Shown here: positions 38,204-50,700 of the stretch, piece by piece
Numbering within the stretch: the first letter of the stretch is position 1
How the letters are laid out: every line of letters begins with the position of its first letter
Source: Rhodosorus marinus CCMP1338
Lineage: Eukaryota; Plantae; Rhodophyta
Assembly: GCA_029953675.1 (NCBI GenBank)
Contig: JAMWBK010000001.1
Coordinates: 3,472,001 to 3,536,000 of the forward strand
Direction of reading: 5' to 3'
DNA length: 64,000 nucleotides
Program-made: the position numbers and the translations under genes
Notes under the pieces: model-generated
The model's input: the letters and a program-made list of their open reading frames with translations, nothing else
What the model was told of the DNA's origin: nothing
The model's database searches: none

Positions 38204-38325
38204 ATGCGATCGAGAAGGACCGGGCGGACCGGGAGATATTTCCGTTAGCTAGTTTTAGATGAGACCCCTGGACAGGGGGTCTGGGTATGTTCAGAGCGTA
38301 CATGCCCGGTCCTTCTCGATCGCAT
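38204..38325. mobile_element. 122-bp MITE-like foldback element
   Basis: Perfect 22-bp terminal inverted repeat ATGCGATCGAGAAGGACCGGGC, flanked on both sides by GAAC (possible 4-bp TSD). Internal hairpin AGACCCC/GGGGTCT. Confidence 0.6.
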
Positions 38326-38599
38326 GAACCTTTCTTTGGGGAATAGGGGGTATGGAGAGAACGGTTCTGGAGTTTTGGTAGGCATTGGCAGTGTACGTTC
38401 GACGGCCGCAGACCCAACTCCCTCCCATACTCACCATCTCCAAAAAGCCAGCCAGATTTGGAATTGACCCTTGATGAAAACTCCTTTACAAATATTACGA
38501 AATGCTCATCGTAGTCGTCTGGGGAGAAGAGCTACACAGAATCCTGGCAAAAACTAGCACAAACACCCAGAGAATGGGTTTCGTCCGCTAGGACGAACT

Positions 38600-39685
38600 T
38601 CAGAACAGCAACTGCAAACAAGGACAAACGACAAAGCTCACGATCAGTTTCCGATGTGATTTGCTTCTTCCTCGTTGGGTTACAAACAAGGTTTACCTTC
38701 ACGACGAATAGGTTGATTAACATCATAAGTCCGATGTGGACGAGAGGGTTTCCTGAGCTGAGGTGGTTGTCTATCGTCGATCCTGTTGGTTACGATCAAG
38801 GTTAGGCCAATGGAGCTCTCCTTGGAGGAGGGGTTTGATTTGCGGAGACTTTGGCTCACTGAACGACTTGACTTGTTCAACCATGGACAGCGGTTTCTTC
38901 GTCTCGAGAATCTGTTCCCACTCCTCGTTGAGACTTGAGAGTTCGTTCTCCTTCTCCGTCAACGTTGCTCGGAGCTCGTTGAGATCCGGGAGCGGCTCGA
39001 ACGTTACTTTGTTCGCGGGGGTCACCTTGGGATCTTCGATCATCACGCCTTTGTCTTGAGAAGACGGGGCGCTGGCGCTTGCTGATCTTGCGCCAAGGGA
39101 GGACGGGGCGTCACCAAGGCTCGGAACGGTTGGTTGAACCAGATCCAGCTTCGTCGCTTTCTTAAGCGCGCTCATAGGCTCAGCTGCGGAACGCGGTAAA
39201 CTGCTGCTCGCCGGGTCTGCTGTGCCGGTTGGAGCCGCGGGAACTGTTCTAGCCTCTGATGCGGGTACCCCACCTTCCTCATCGGGAGCTGCGTCTTCAG
39301 CGACTTCACGAGTATAATTCACTGAAAAATATACGTTAGAGATTCGATTTGAGGTCTCTGGCGGCAGACTTTTCCACAAGATTGCGATATCCCCTTGAGG
39401 CGCCAAATCTTCGTGAAACACCGTCACCAGGCAGTGGTCTTCAATCTCCTCCAAAGGTTCCGGGAGCTTCTCCCGAACCGATAAGTTGATGTCTACATGC
39501 TCTCCTGGGTTAACCACTCCTACGCTCGGCTTGACCCGATACCTCGCCGGCTGGTTTACCCTCACCTTGTACACCGCAAACTGATCCAAGGACAAATTCT
39601 CAGCACGAACAGCGTGCGATATTCGACTCTCACCAGCTTCGGGTAAGCTGATCGTTACTATCCTATCTATCTTAAGACCTGCCAT
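38600..39685 (-). CDS. VAP/SCS2-family MSP-domain protein with coiled coil and C-terminal TM anchor, 3 exons
   Basis: FAVYKVRVNQPARYRVKPSVGVVNPGE. Two GT-AG introns near 38860-38786 and 38696-38612 restore the tail GNPLVHIGLMMLINLFVVKLLF. Confidence 0.88.
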
Positions 39686-41134
39686 CCTCGCTTTTTCCAC
39701 TCATATAACCCCTCCTCTATTCCATCAAGACTCCCATCCCCAACGTACCAGCAAGAAAGTGCACCACCTCGGACAAATCCAACTTCTTCCCAACGCGAAA
39801 ATAGCAATCCATTTACACCTCAAATCTCCAATATATAGACCTACTTGAACCCATTTCCAATATAAAACAAAAAATATGAGGTATATATTCATAAACTAAA
39901 ACCTAAATGTATCTTAATATAGAAATAATAGACGCATCTTTCAGGAACGATTTCAGTGCCAACCGAACATCTAATCTCTTCAACCAGAAATATCAATACA
40001 TTAAAAGCACATACCTTCAATATATAGAATATCCCCACTATTTTACGTTGTAAAACAAACAAATAGGGGTATATGACCTAAATTAAAACTTTCTATATTG
40101 TTAATATAGAAATAATAGACTCCTCTTATCATATATATAGTATCTACATCACAAAAAACGAAAATTCAAAATCGTGTCCAATCAGGTCACCTGATTGAAA
40201 CAGAAGTCCTCCCCATTGGATCATAAATATTTATTTTTAGTGCTTTTCATAAACGGCAATATAGTAAACAGGCTGTCCTTATATTTTATATTTGCATGGG
40301 ATTCCTGAGTAGGAAACAATAAATCAAATTGGCCCAGGGGGGGACGCACTTCTGTTCTTAGATGGCTAATGATACAATAAACAAATGTATTTATGAAATA
40401 TCTTGTTGGTCAAGGATTCGATTCGGTCTCCACTGTGGAATCCTTAGGGGGGGGGGGTTGTTGTTGTCGCTAGAGGTAATTCGTCTGGTGATGGGTGTTT
40501 TTTGAATATTTTGTGCACGGTCTTCTTTTTCAAGGGAGCTAGGGAGTTTCACGTCTTGATTGGTGAAGCACATCCGAGTTTTAGGTGACAGCAGAATTTA
40601 CATAGCGGGGATGGAGAGATGGATCTGGGAGGTTGGGAGGAGGGGAGATGGGGGGGGGGGGAAAAGGTTGGAGGAGAGTTTGTTGCTGGCTGTACTGGGT
40701 TTTTTGGGGGCTTTTGGATGATATGTTTGACTGTGAATTTTAGATTGTTCTTTGGAAGGTTTTTAGTAAATTGCAGGGCATCGGTGCTTTTCTATTTATG
40801 AGGAGGGTTTGGTTGGTTGGTGAGGTTTGTGAGTGCTTCGGCTGACTCCGTTGGATTTGGAAAAAAGCGTTAGATCTTATCTAGTCTAGGCTATCATCCG
40901 CTTTTAGCCCTTTTTTTTTTTTACTGCAGAAGCGCCGGATTATTTATACCGCTTTGGCAAAGCGGTTACTGTATTTGGAGACGTTCGGTGGCTGGTGCTG
41001 AAAGCTCTCCTGGGTGGTTTGTGGAGGAGCTGAGTCTGTGAAGTTGAGGTTTTGAATGGTGTGAACAGGCTGCAAAGGACGTAGAGGTGAGGTGGCCTGG
41101 GGTGGGGGAAGGAAGCAGATTTGTTGGGCTAGTT

Positions 41135-42043
41135 ATGGAAGGAAGTGCTTCCGCGACTGGTGCGGTGACTCCGCCCACCACCGTCAATGCTTCAATACTT
41201 CGTGTACTTCGAAGGAACAGACTGGGGATAGCGTGGATTTTTGTTCTGATAATGGTGATCCTGATGGTGCTCTTGACGCTCAGAGGCGTGTTTGGGAAAA
41301 TTACGAAATTTGGGTTGAGAGTGTGCCTCTCTATTTCGTTTTTATTTTTGGTGTTCATCCTTTCCATATCAGTGAAGCTGTGCTTTAATGACGATGCGAG
41401 TAGTCAGGAGGAAGAGGGTGAACGTTCACAGGAGCTCGAGACTGTGCCACCTAGGGGGGCAGCTGCGCGAGTTGGACGTGGTATTCACAATCGTAAACTC
41501 GTTTTCAAACTGTTGATTTGAGCCTAAGTTTTGGTGTACTTGATGAATGGCTTAGTCTAGATCTCGAGAACGATCTGCCAGTGTATCCGTTGGTGCAGGA
41601 TCTTGCTTCATCTAACGCATTCTGTTTTCGTTGTGTCTCTACGCCGAAATAGGATCTCGGAGAAGTCAGAGAAGAATTTTGAACGAATTTTTGAGTTCTG
41701 CGACCCAGGCGACGATCGATCGACTGCCCATGTACATATTTCAAGGAACTAAACAGAAAGAGAAAAGCGAGCCAGACGAGGAAGCTGGTGAGGCCGGAGC
41801 CTCGTTTGAGTGCTCCATTTGTATCACGGAGGTTGACCCAGGAGATAAAATGAGAATCTTGCCGTGCTTGCATCAGTTTCATTCTGAATGCGTTGGTGAG
41901 TTGCAAGAAAGAGTTTCCTGGAGATCCTGGAGGTTTCCTGCAATTTATGTCACTGACCTCCCATGTTCCGCCTTTGGATGGAATCAGATCAATGGCTGCT
42001 GGCGAACGCCAAATGTCCAACATGCAAATATTCCATTTTGTAG
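41135..42043 (+). CDS. Membrane-anchored RING-H2 E3 ubiquitin ligase (ATL/RNF-like), 3 exons
   Basis: Two N-terminal hydrophobic segments. CSIC..LPCLHQFHSECVDQWL..CPTC after splicing out about 41896-41987. Confidence 0.92.
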
Positions 42044-42650
42044 TAGTATATGCAGGTGGACGGTTTGCGCTGAATTCACGGTTGTGTCCGTTGGCCGGGT
42101 CCAATTCGAGCAAGGCCGGAAACGGAGCTCGAAACAAAGTACAGGATTGATGCGCAGCGCGAGAGGTTGGATGAACAGAGCACGCTCACATGTCGCGCAC
42201 AGCCTTACGCAACCAAAATCATATCATTCCTAGAGTAGCGTAGGTGGTGAAGAAATCTGGACTCTGTGCTCAAGAGTTCAGTGGACATATTTGTAGCTCA
42301 AATGATTGCTATAGGAGAACGCTTCAACCCCTCGTTCCCTTAGCCACTTGGGGGAGAGGGAGAAACCGGGATTCCGAGCCTTGTGGAGCGGACACGATGA
42401 GGCTTCCTGGCAGTTCAGCTTAGCTATTCCTATTGATTGGATGTCGTCTACAGATGTATATAAAACACAAAACGAGCTTGGACTCCATCGGAAAGAGCAA
42501 TCCGGGACATTTCACTGCTGGTCTGCTCCGGAGTGTTCAGCCAAGTCCACCTCGAAGATGAGAACCTGAACGTCCATAGTGAACGGTCACAAATCCACCG
42601 TGTCAAGCCGTGCATCTCATGGGTCCACACTATACGCCAACTGCCGTAGC

Positions 42651-42910
42651 TATTGTCCAGAGACATCCGGCATCCTACTGGACAGTCCCAGGAGTGACCT
42701 CGACCGAACCTGGCTCATCGTTCATCAATCAATAAAGATTAGTATCAGATTGATCCGCTCTAGTTAGTACACAATAAATACCATATTGTAGGCAGACATT
42801 CGGCGTCCCATGGGACAGTCCCAAGAGTGAGACCGAACCGGGCTCGGAGTTGATCAATCAATAAACATGAGTATCAGATTGATCTCTCAGAGTTAGTACA
42901 CAATAAATAG
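42651..42910. repeat. Two-unit tandem duplication, about 130 bp
   Basis: GGACAGTCCCA at 42680 and 42813. GACCGAACC, AGTATCAGATTGATC and GTTAGTACACAATAAATA occur in both units. Confidence 0.9.
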
Positions 42911-44188
42911 TATATATTCTTTTACTAAAAGTACTCAGTACTCGTCAAGGCACCGACGGCGATCCATCAATCTCGACCCCAATACTGGACATTTTGACTG
43001 AGATTAAATGCCGAAAAGGGGGAGGGGTGGGGGGAAGAGGTTTCTAGATTCCTACCAACCTCAATTGTACCTCACCCTTAATCAAACGATAAATCATCTA
43101 ATAATTAATAAATAAAAGAGTTTTTGATGTTAAATATACCCCCCTGAAGATCTCAACGTGGAAACCACGCTACAAAAAAAAAATTTCCACGCCCTGTTTT
43201 CGGCAATTGAAACGTCAAAAAAGGACGAAGAGCCCTGGTTGTTTTGGTGCAAAGCATTCTACGAATGAATACCTACCACGCGTCTGCCAAATCAATAAGC
43301 TAATTATTTTAACCCACGTGTCTTCTAGGACCTGTTGTTTTTGGCCGTTTCAGCTCACTCTATCTCCCCATCGCATGGCGGGTCTACATAAAAATAAGTT
43401 ATTATCAAGTCCTATTTCGCCAATCATGTCGTCTCGATAATTTAGTGGATAAAATAATCAACGTCACATTCCACCTTTAACAGAATAAAAATATAGAGAG
43501 TTTAAAAAGTAACAAAAACATGTGATAGTCTGGATAAAAAAGAAATATTACGTTATTTATATTAAATATGCGAAAACGTTCTGTTTAGTATTGTAATTAC
43601 AGAAATAGTTTATGATTAGCAGAAAATAAAAAATATATTTCCCCACGTGCGAGGATCGGGATCTAACCTCCCCCGGTTCAGATCCTCAAAACTTTTCGGA
43701 TATGAACGAAAAAAGTCAAATTCCGAGCGCTTTAAGAAGCCTGTGTGAGGTATCGCATCAGGGGTAGATGGAATGACAAGATTAATGTCTTGCTATAGTT
43801 TATTTGACATTGCTGAATTATGGACGTGATTCAGTGTTTTATATTTTATATTTTTAGTATATTTGTGAACACTTGTATTATTGTTTGGAAAGCTTTTATT
43901 AGCTTTTTTGGACGGGGGCTTTTGAGAAAACGGAGTCTTCTTTCTTGGAGTTGGACGTGGGACTCTCGATGGGTTAGTATATAAGCGACGAAGTTTCGGA
44001 AGGAAGCGACTTCAAGAAGGGAGGGGAAGATTTTGAGAGGGGGTTTTGGGTGGGGGAACGAGTGGACGGGTGTGAGTTTATCGGTACTTTTGAGACCGGG
44101 TTCTTCTTTTTTTTTGGTTCGCTGGAGCACGGGGATTTTTAGGGTTTTGTAGAACTTTTTTTTCCTTTCTTGCTTTTGTAGAGGGAGA

Positions 44189-45116
44189 ATGGAGGGAGTA
44201 GGATTTGTAGGTGGGAGCTTGGGACTTGGAAGCAGGTCTGGTGAAGTTGCTGCGAGATGCGGAAGGACGACTGTGAATATGGCTGCGAAGGCCGATGAGA
44301 ACAGGAAGAGACGTGTTGAGATCGTGGATAAGGTGGGTGTTTCTCGGGGACTCGGAAGGGGAACAGGCGTTGTTCAAGCGCGAAATGCCGCTCAGTGAGT
44401 CATTGCTAGAGGTTTATTGTTATCCTGACAATCGCTGTTTTCATCGTTTATTGTTTCAGGTTAAGGAACAACTGGACAAGTCCACCTTGGCGTTTGCTCT
44501 TCCGCTGCAGGGATACACAGTGAAGGAAGTATCGAATCTCAGGGACGTGATTCCGGAGAACTCGTCCGCTCTGGCTGTGAAGAATACCTTGCTCAAGCGC
44601 GCTATTGCCGATTCGACTTGGGAAGTTGCAGGGGATCTCGCCAAGGGCTCCAATCTGTGGATATTCACCGATGAGACTGACATGAAAGGAGCGGTAAGCA
44701 CCCTTGGCCCCAAAATTTCCTGTAACACAACGGCGATCTACCCGTGCTAGTTTAGTTGTTACAGCAGCAGAGGACAACTTGCTGTTTCCTGAGGGGTTAT
44801 TGGTTCGTTTCCCTCTCCCTGGTAAGCTTTCCCTGACCGTGTGAACGATGTGTACGTGCAGGTCGAGGCTGTCAAGAAGTTCAACAAGGACAATAAGAAA
44901 GAAGAAACAAATGGAATCAGCGGAGGAGTCATGGAGAATACCTTGTACGACTCTGCAGGCGTAGAAGCCCTCAGCAAACTGCCGAGCAAGCAAGACCTGT
45001 ACCAGAAGATTGCGATCGCTATCAACTCGGTACCCACAAAGCTCGGAAGAAGCATCAACTCGGTACCCACAAAGGTCGGAAGAGCTATCAAGCTTGCCAC
45101 CGAAGAAGAGTCTTAA
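44189..45116 (+). CDS. rpl10: Plastid 50S ribosomal protein uL10c (nuclear-encoded), 3 exons
   Basis: Transit peptide, VKNTLLKRAI, GSNLWIF, LSKLPSKQDLYQKIA, INSVPTKLGR. Confidence 0.93.
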
Positions 45117-45816
45117 ATGTGGGCGTGTCACCCACCCCTCTTGTTTGTTAAACTATGTCCCTGTTGAGAGCGAAATGCCAAAGCTTAAGATAAAATCGTC
45201 GAAGGCCAAGAATATCCTAGGTACCACATGTACTTTTTTTTTGATTGCGGAAACTATGCAGAGGATGAGACAACATTCCCACGCCAGCAAGTCGCGCAGA
45301 GCCTTCGCGACGTCAGAACTCTTTACTTTGCGCAGGATGGAAGTGTTCAAGGTCCACCAATCTCATCCTGTAAGCGGTCAGCCTTACCCCGTTGCACGGA
45401 GAGCAGCCACTGAGGGGCTAGGCGCAGGTCAGGACAATGTCGTGGGCGAGCGACATGCTCTTCCCGAAAGCCACATGCAAGTGATATTTCGAAGCTCTGG
45501 TGGAGAGCCGCTGGACTGAGTTCCTGATGCACGTTTTTCATGACTGTCCTCACACAGAGTGAATCTTGGAACTGGACTGGGTCTAGTGTATTTGAACAAG
45601 CTTCGTGGTCGCCGCGATGTGTTTTCTGGCATTGGTAGTCGATTTGTTGCGGAAGCGCACCAGTCAGACAGTTGAATATGCTAGTTCGAGTCTTTCCGAA
45701 TCCGTCAGGCCTACGTCGTTTTCCTATGTGTTTATCTGTTGGTGTTGCTAAAACAAAATTGCCGGAAATGTCCGTGGAGTGCTGGTGTTCTTCGCTGTCC
45801 TCTTCGGATGCGTTTC

Positions 45817-46577
45817 TTAGGAGAGCAGCTCCGACGCGATCTTGCGAACGACGTTGCCATCGACTTCGCTTTTATGGTCCTGCACAGACGATAGAAATAC
45901 GAGTTGCAGCAGGTCATTAGAAAGCACCCTGGGAAACCTTGAGCAGCGTCGCATACCTTCATAACGGCACCCATAACCTTGCCCATGTCCTTCGGGGAAG
46001 ACGCTTTCGTCGAATCGATTGCCTCTTGTACGTATCTACAGAAGAATAATCGCTCGATTTTCAGTTCTTGATGCTGCTTGCCTGTCATCTAATCATGCGA
46101 CCTTCTTGTGCTCACTTTCTGGTAGTTTCTTCGTCAGCAAGCTTAGGTAGATAACCTTCTATCAACGCCAGCTCCGACTTCTCAGAGTCTGCCAGGTCCT
46201 GTCTACCTCCCTTCTCGTACAGTTCAATACTTTCCACCCTCTGCTTCGCCAACTTCCTAAGCACCACCAAAGCCTCCTCATCGGAAATGGAATCTGACCC
46301 AGCCTCCTTCTCTTTATTCAAAAACGCTGCTCGAATGTTCCGAAGTCCCTTGAGTCGATCTGCGTCCCTTGCCTTCATCGCCTCCTTTATCGAGCCTGAG
46401 ATGCAAGCAGCAGAACAGGGTATAAGAACACACGATCCTCAGCAACTCTATATCTAGGAGCTCACGGAAATCAAGGCCTTCCTTACCGGTGATCTCAGAC
46501 GAAATGCTCATATGAAGACAGACCTCACGCCTGCCGTTCACCCTGGACGGGTATCCAAGCGATCCAACAAACCCCAT
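45817..46577 (-). CDS. GatB/YqeY-domain protein with MGFV transit peptide, 4 exons
   Basis: IKEAMKARD..LRNIRAA, KLAKQRVESIELYEKGGRQDLA, PKDMGKVMGAVMK, DGNVVRKIA. Introns are phase-consistent. Confidence 0.92.
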
Positions 46578-47706
46578 CCTTGAGCGAACTCAAAACAAGA
46601 TGATACCTAATTCACTCCTCTCACCAATCTCACCCAACCTCAGTCCTGAAGACTTCTCAGTCAGCTGCTTGGCATCCCCACAGCTTCTCCACAAGATCTC
46701 CTCTGAGATTTCACTATTTATTCTCATCAGCTCCGGAGTTTCCTCACAACAACCTGTCGTTTGCGCGCGTAACATTGGTCTTCTTTATCGACCCTTGTTC
46801 CTTTTTTTGGTATTATTGTTGATGGGATTACTAATGGCTGATTCTTGGCAAGTGTGATGGGCCCATCAGAGCCTGTAACATTGGCCTACCCTGTCCAGCT
46901 TCTTTCGAACAGAACGGCAGATGTCGGTAATAGTCGCACGTTTTTGGCTCTGGAGTTTCTTGCCCACCCCGAAAACCCTTTGCAAAATATAATTTGATTG
47001 GCCTTGTCTTGGCCAGGCTAACTATGCAGAACAGCGGATCTCGGTAACGGTGGGAAGAGAACAGTAACATTGGCTCATGCTTGGCCAAACATAATGGTTA
47101 ATGAGAGCTTGTAATATCGGCCGTTATCAGTTGGCCAATATTTCCGTAGAGTCCTGTGGGACAAAGGAACAGTATTTTATATGGCCAAAAAAAAAAAGTT
47201 CCTGTCTTATAGGCTACGACTTGAGACCGGACTTCTATAGAGTTTCAGACGTACAGAAGCTCTCTCCCATTGACGTTGACGGATCGCTATTGAACCATCC
47301 AAAGAAAGTAGACAGGTCAGCTCCCGTCATCTACATAGGCATCTGAAAGAATTCGTTTTCAAACCTTATGGCAGCCTCCCAATCAACCCGCGACCATATG
47401 CACGCAATCTATCAGCGGGTTTTGATCGACAAGGCTAGCGCTGAAGCGAAAGCTCCTACTCGCCATGTCCACTGGTAGAAATAAGCTGTTACAACGCCAG
47501 CTTAAAGTAACCCCAAGATGCCGTTCGTACATGAACCTCTCCCCAACCGAGCTTCGTGCTGTGGGGATTGTGAATGCTCCTCTTTAGATATCGATGTTGC
47601 GATCATTGCCTGAGCATTTGGCGGTGGGGCGGATGGTTGGACGCTTCTGTGTTGAAAATTTCGCGTTGGGTGGAAGATTCAGTTTCGCGTTTGCGATCAG
47701 TGAAGG

Positions 47707-50700
47707 ATGGGGATTGATCTGGGTGATGAAGGGTTTGATGTGTTGACTTGGGTGAACGGAAAGTTGCCTAGTCACGATTCTGAGAGTTTGCTGTTGGAGG
47801 TGAGGGAAGAATGGGAGGCGGCGCAAGGGGAGCTGTCTGCTGCGTTGAGTACGGCTCTGACTGCTGTTCCTCAGAGTGTGAAGGAGGCGGATCGCGTTAG
47901 GCAGATGGGGACGGGTTTGATGGATGGTGTCGATCGAGTGTCAACAAGGGTCGAGGGGGTGGAGACCGGTGCAGAGGAGGCTGTTGCAGCAATAGCAAAC
48001 GCAGATGCAGTCCTCCGAAGAGTTGAGAGGGCGCGGGATATGCTGGCGCGCGCTGCTGAGGTGGAAACTCTCACAGAAAGAATCGAAGTATGCAGACATA
48101 TTGAGTACACCCCTGCCAAAAAAAACTGCTTTGGTGAACTCAAAACACCTTAAAATTTTTTCACACTTGCAGGCGATCTTCGTCGGAGGTGACCTCCTCG
48201 CTGCTGCTGATTCAATCGCGAAAATGAGGGAGAATCTGGTGGCCCTCCAAGACGTCCCGGAAATCAATAGTAAGAAGGAAGCGCTCTACAATGCAGATAA
48301 GGTAAGTCTCAGATTCAATACTCTCCGTCCCTCCCCGTCTGCTATAGACCAGCCGTCCAGCATTGAGGCCATAGACAAGTACCCAATGTTACAGGGTCGC
48401 ACCTGCCATAAAAAGGCCACTGATACTATCCTGGCCAGGATGTCATCGATCATGCCAATGCCCCCGGGTGGATCTGGGCCACGAAAAGGAGCCACTGTTA
48501 CTATCCTAGGCAGGAAGTCATCGAACATGGCAATGTTCCGGGGTTGATACGGGCCACGAAAGGAGCCACTGTTACTATCCTGGCCATGATGTCATCGAGC
48601 ACGCCAATGTTCCGCTGTGGGACGGGCCACGACAGGAGCCAATGTTGCGACGCTGGCCAGGACGTCATCGAACATGCCAATGTTCCTTGATGTTGGGTGG
48701 TGGCGAATGTTTCTTTGTCGAGAACACGGGCCATACGTTACCCAATGTTCCGGGGTGGTATGGACCACGACAGGAGTCAATGTTACGACGCTGGCCAGGA
48801 CGTTATCGAACAGGCCAATGTTCCTTGATGTTGAGTTGTGTCGAATGTCGAGAAACACAGGCCATACGTTGCCCAATGTTCCATTTTGGTATGGACCACG
48901 AGAGGAGCCAATGTTACGACGCGGGCCAGGACGTCGTCGAACATGCCAATGTTCCTTGATGTTGGGTGGTGGCGAATGTTGCTTTGTCGAGAACACGGGT
49001 CATACGTTGCGCAATGTTCCGGGGTGGTATGGACCACGACAGGAGCCAATGTTACGACGCTGGCCAGGACGTCATCGAACAGGCCAATGTTCCTTGATGT
49101 TGAGTTGTGTCGAATGTCGAGAAACACAGCCCATACGACAGGAGCCAATGTTACGACGCGGGCCAGGACGCCATCAAACTCGCCAATGTTCCTTGATGTT
49201 GAGTGGTGGCGAATGTTTCTTTGTCGAGAGCACGGGCCATACGTTGCCCAATGTTCCAGGGTGGGACGGGCCACGCAGGAGCCACTGTTACTCCCCTGGC
49301 CAGGACGTCGTTGAACTGGCCCATGTTCCTCGATGAAGAGCGAGGGGTCGTTTGTTTGCTCCTTGGACGGGACAAGAACTGGCTGTAAACCAGTGAATGT
49401 TCGGATCTGTTGTTAGATGGCAAAACAGCAAAATTTGTGTTTCCTGAATTCGTGTTGTCTTCTTAACTCCGATGCAGAAACTGAACGCACTGGCGGAACC
49501 TCGACTGACGAACGCGCTTGAGTCTGAGAGCGTTACTGGAGCACAGTCTGCTCTTGAAATCTTCGAGAAATCGGGAAGAGAAGATGCGTTCATTAGTCTG
49601 TATGTGTCCACCAGGGGAGCCAAGGTGAGTTCCTACTTTGGAGTAGCTTGTGCTGGATTCAATTTCCACGACGAGTTGACGTTTTCTGCGAAATTTTTGT
49701 ACCGAGCACAGTTGAGAAAACGATGGAAAGAAATCATCGACGCTGGAGAAAAACGCCCAACAACAGCCTTCTACGAGGCGCTCTCGGTCGCTCTCGATCG
49801 TGAAGCAAGCTGGCTGCAAGAGGCACTTCCAAAGCTTCGGCAGTTGCTCATACCCGCACTCATTATTGAAGTAAGGAAATTATGCTATCAAACTCTACCT
49901 TGCGGTCCTCAATTTAGCTGAAGCTTCTGGTGCTTGGGCTAACCCTTCGACCTTGTCCTTCCGCGTAGGTCTTCACGCTCCTCGATCCGCCGATGAACCT
50001 CGAGCTACCCAAGTCACTCGATGTAAGTGGGTACCTCGCTCTGGAGACCGACGAAATGCTGCACAAGACCGGACTGCTTTCGGCTCACCTCGCGTTGTGG
50101 GTGACCGAGGCGTGCCTGTCTGGAGACGAATCCGGAAGACAAGTGGATCCGGAGCTGTTGGTCCAGGCTTGCGAGTGCCTCACCGCTCCGTTGAGAGCGT
50201 ATTTTGAAGCTTTTCCAGTCTTGGAGAGGACGTTTGCTACCCACCTTATGAATGAGTTTCCATGGAACGCCATTCAGAATCCGACCGTGAGTTAAAAGAC
50301 TGGTCAAGGCCGCATGATCGCGGCTTGTTGAGGCTCACCATATCTCGTATGGTTTTGTTTGTTGATTTGTTTCGCGGTGGGATAGTTGGAAGAGGCATCG
50401 AGACATATCAACGAGGCGAGCGCGCATCTCCTGAAAGCTGGAACCCAGGTCACGACGCGTTGCGTTGAGAGAACCAAAGGTGCTTTGCTGGGAGCGTCAT
50501 TTCATGCCCAGAACTCGGTCGCGATAAACTTCGCCTCGAGGGCTGTCAAGCTTATCAAAACCGCTCCGGCGTTCAAAGTCTCGTGAGTGATTCTCGTTCA
50601 AAACCCTTAGCGTCATTGCGCTCAGATCGTTCCTATTGAAAACAGAGTGATTACCACAAACCAGGGATTGGATCTCCGTACAGTCTTCGCTTTCACTGTT

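Noticed and set aside
38771-38870. VAP ORF seemingly lacking its TM anchor
   Set aside because: Two small introns restore a normal C-terminal TM segment.
43645-43690. GGTTCAGATCC resembling a tRNA T-loop
   Set aside because: No cloverleaf. Only a 7-bp GAGGATC/GATCCTC stem is present.
48380-49330. CRISPR-like repeat-spacer reading of this array (and of 9690-10745)
   Set aside because: The intervening sequences are themselves repeated, there are no unique spacers, there are no cas genes, and the context is eukaryotic.
48501-49423. Many long overlapping ORFs (up to 239 aa) on both strands
   Set aside because: By-products of a stop-poor intronic minisatellite. COG7 splices cleanly across it.
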